From assembly GCA_017383345.1 (NCBI GenBank), contig JAFNYE010000138.1, positions 1 to 39,909 on the forward strand: a stretch of 39,909 nt of DNA, given 5' to 3'. The notes under the pieces were generated by a model. The model was not told the DNA's origin. It worked only from the letters and a program-made list of their open reading frames with translations, and searched no databases. How positions within the stretch are numbered: position 1 is the first letter of the stretch; each line of letters opens with the position of its first letter. The position numbers were made by a program, and so were the translations under genes. The stretch is from Alistipes sp. GTDB taxonomy: Bacteria; Bacteroidota; Bacteroidia; Bacteroidales; Rikenellaceae. This document shows positions 39,892-39,909 of the stretch, piece after piece.

Positions 39892-39909
39892 AGTTGTAAT
39901 TTTTATTAA

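Overview
Bacteroidales DNA; the gene set and lipoprotein repertoire suggest Rikenellaceae/Alistipes-like origin (inference, no database search). The left 23 kb is an accessory surface locus. Leftward: an FN3-like lipoprotein, a ~140-bp palindromic tandem array, fecR with no neighbouring ECF sigma, susC (with STN domain), susD, a BACON/FISUMP lipoprotein and a GDPD lipoprotein cut by the window edge. Rightward: a tyrosine recombinase whose 3' end overlaps a promoter segment flanked by perfect 16-bp inverted repeats (captured OFF), then susC, susD and a metallophosphoesterase lipoprotein, followed by a NagD-like HAD phosphatase and a GlpT/UhpC-type transporter. No glycoside hydrolase is seen; every enzyme recognisable in this locus is a phosphoesterase, pointing to a phase-variable organophosphate/glycerophosphodiester scavenging system. 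The right 17 kb is mostly housekeeping: NtrC/NtrX-like regulator, DUF4290, TlpA-like lipoprotein, lpxH, thyA, folA, FAD oxidoreductase, DUF5672, rpoC, rpoB, rplL, with a long and densely structured rplL-rpoB intergenic region. All family calls come from motif recognition by eye.
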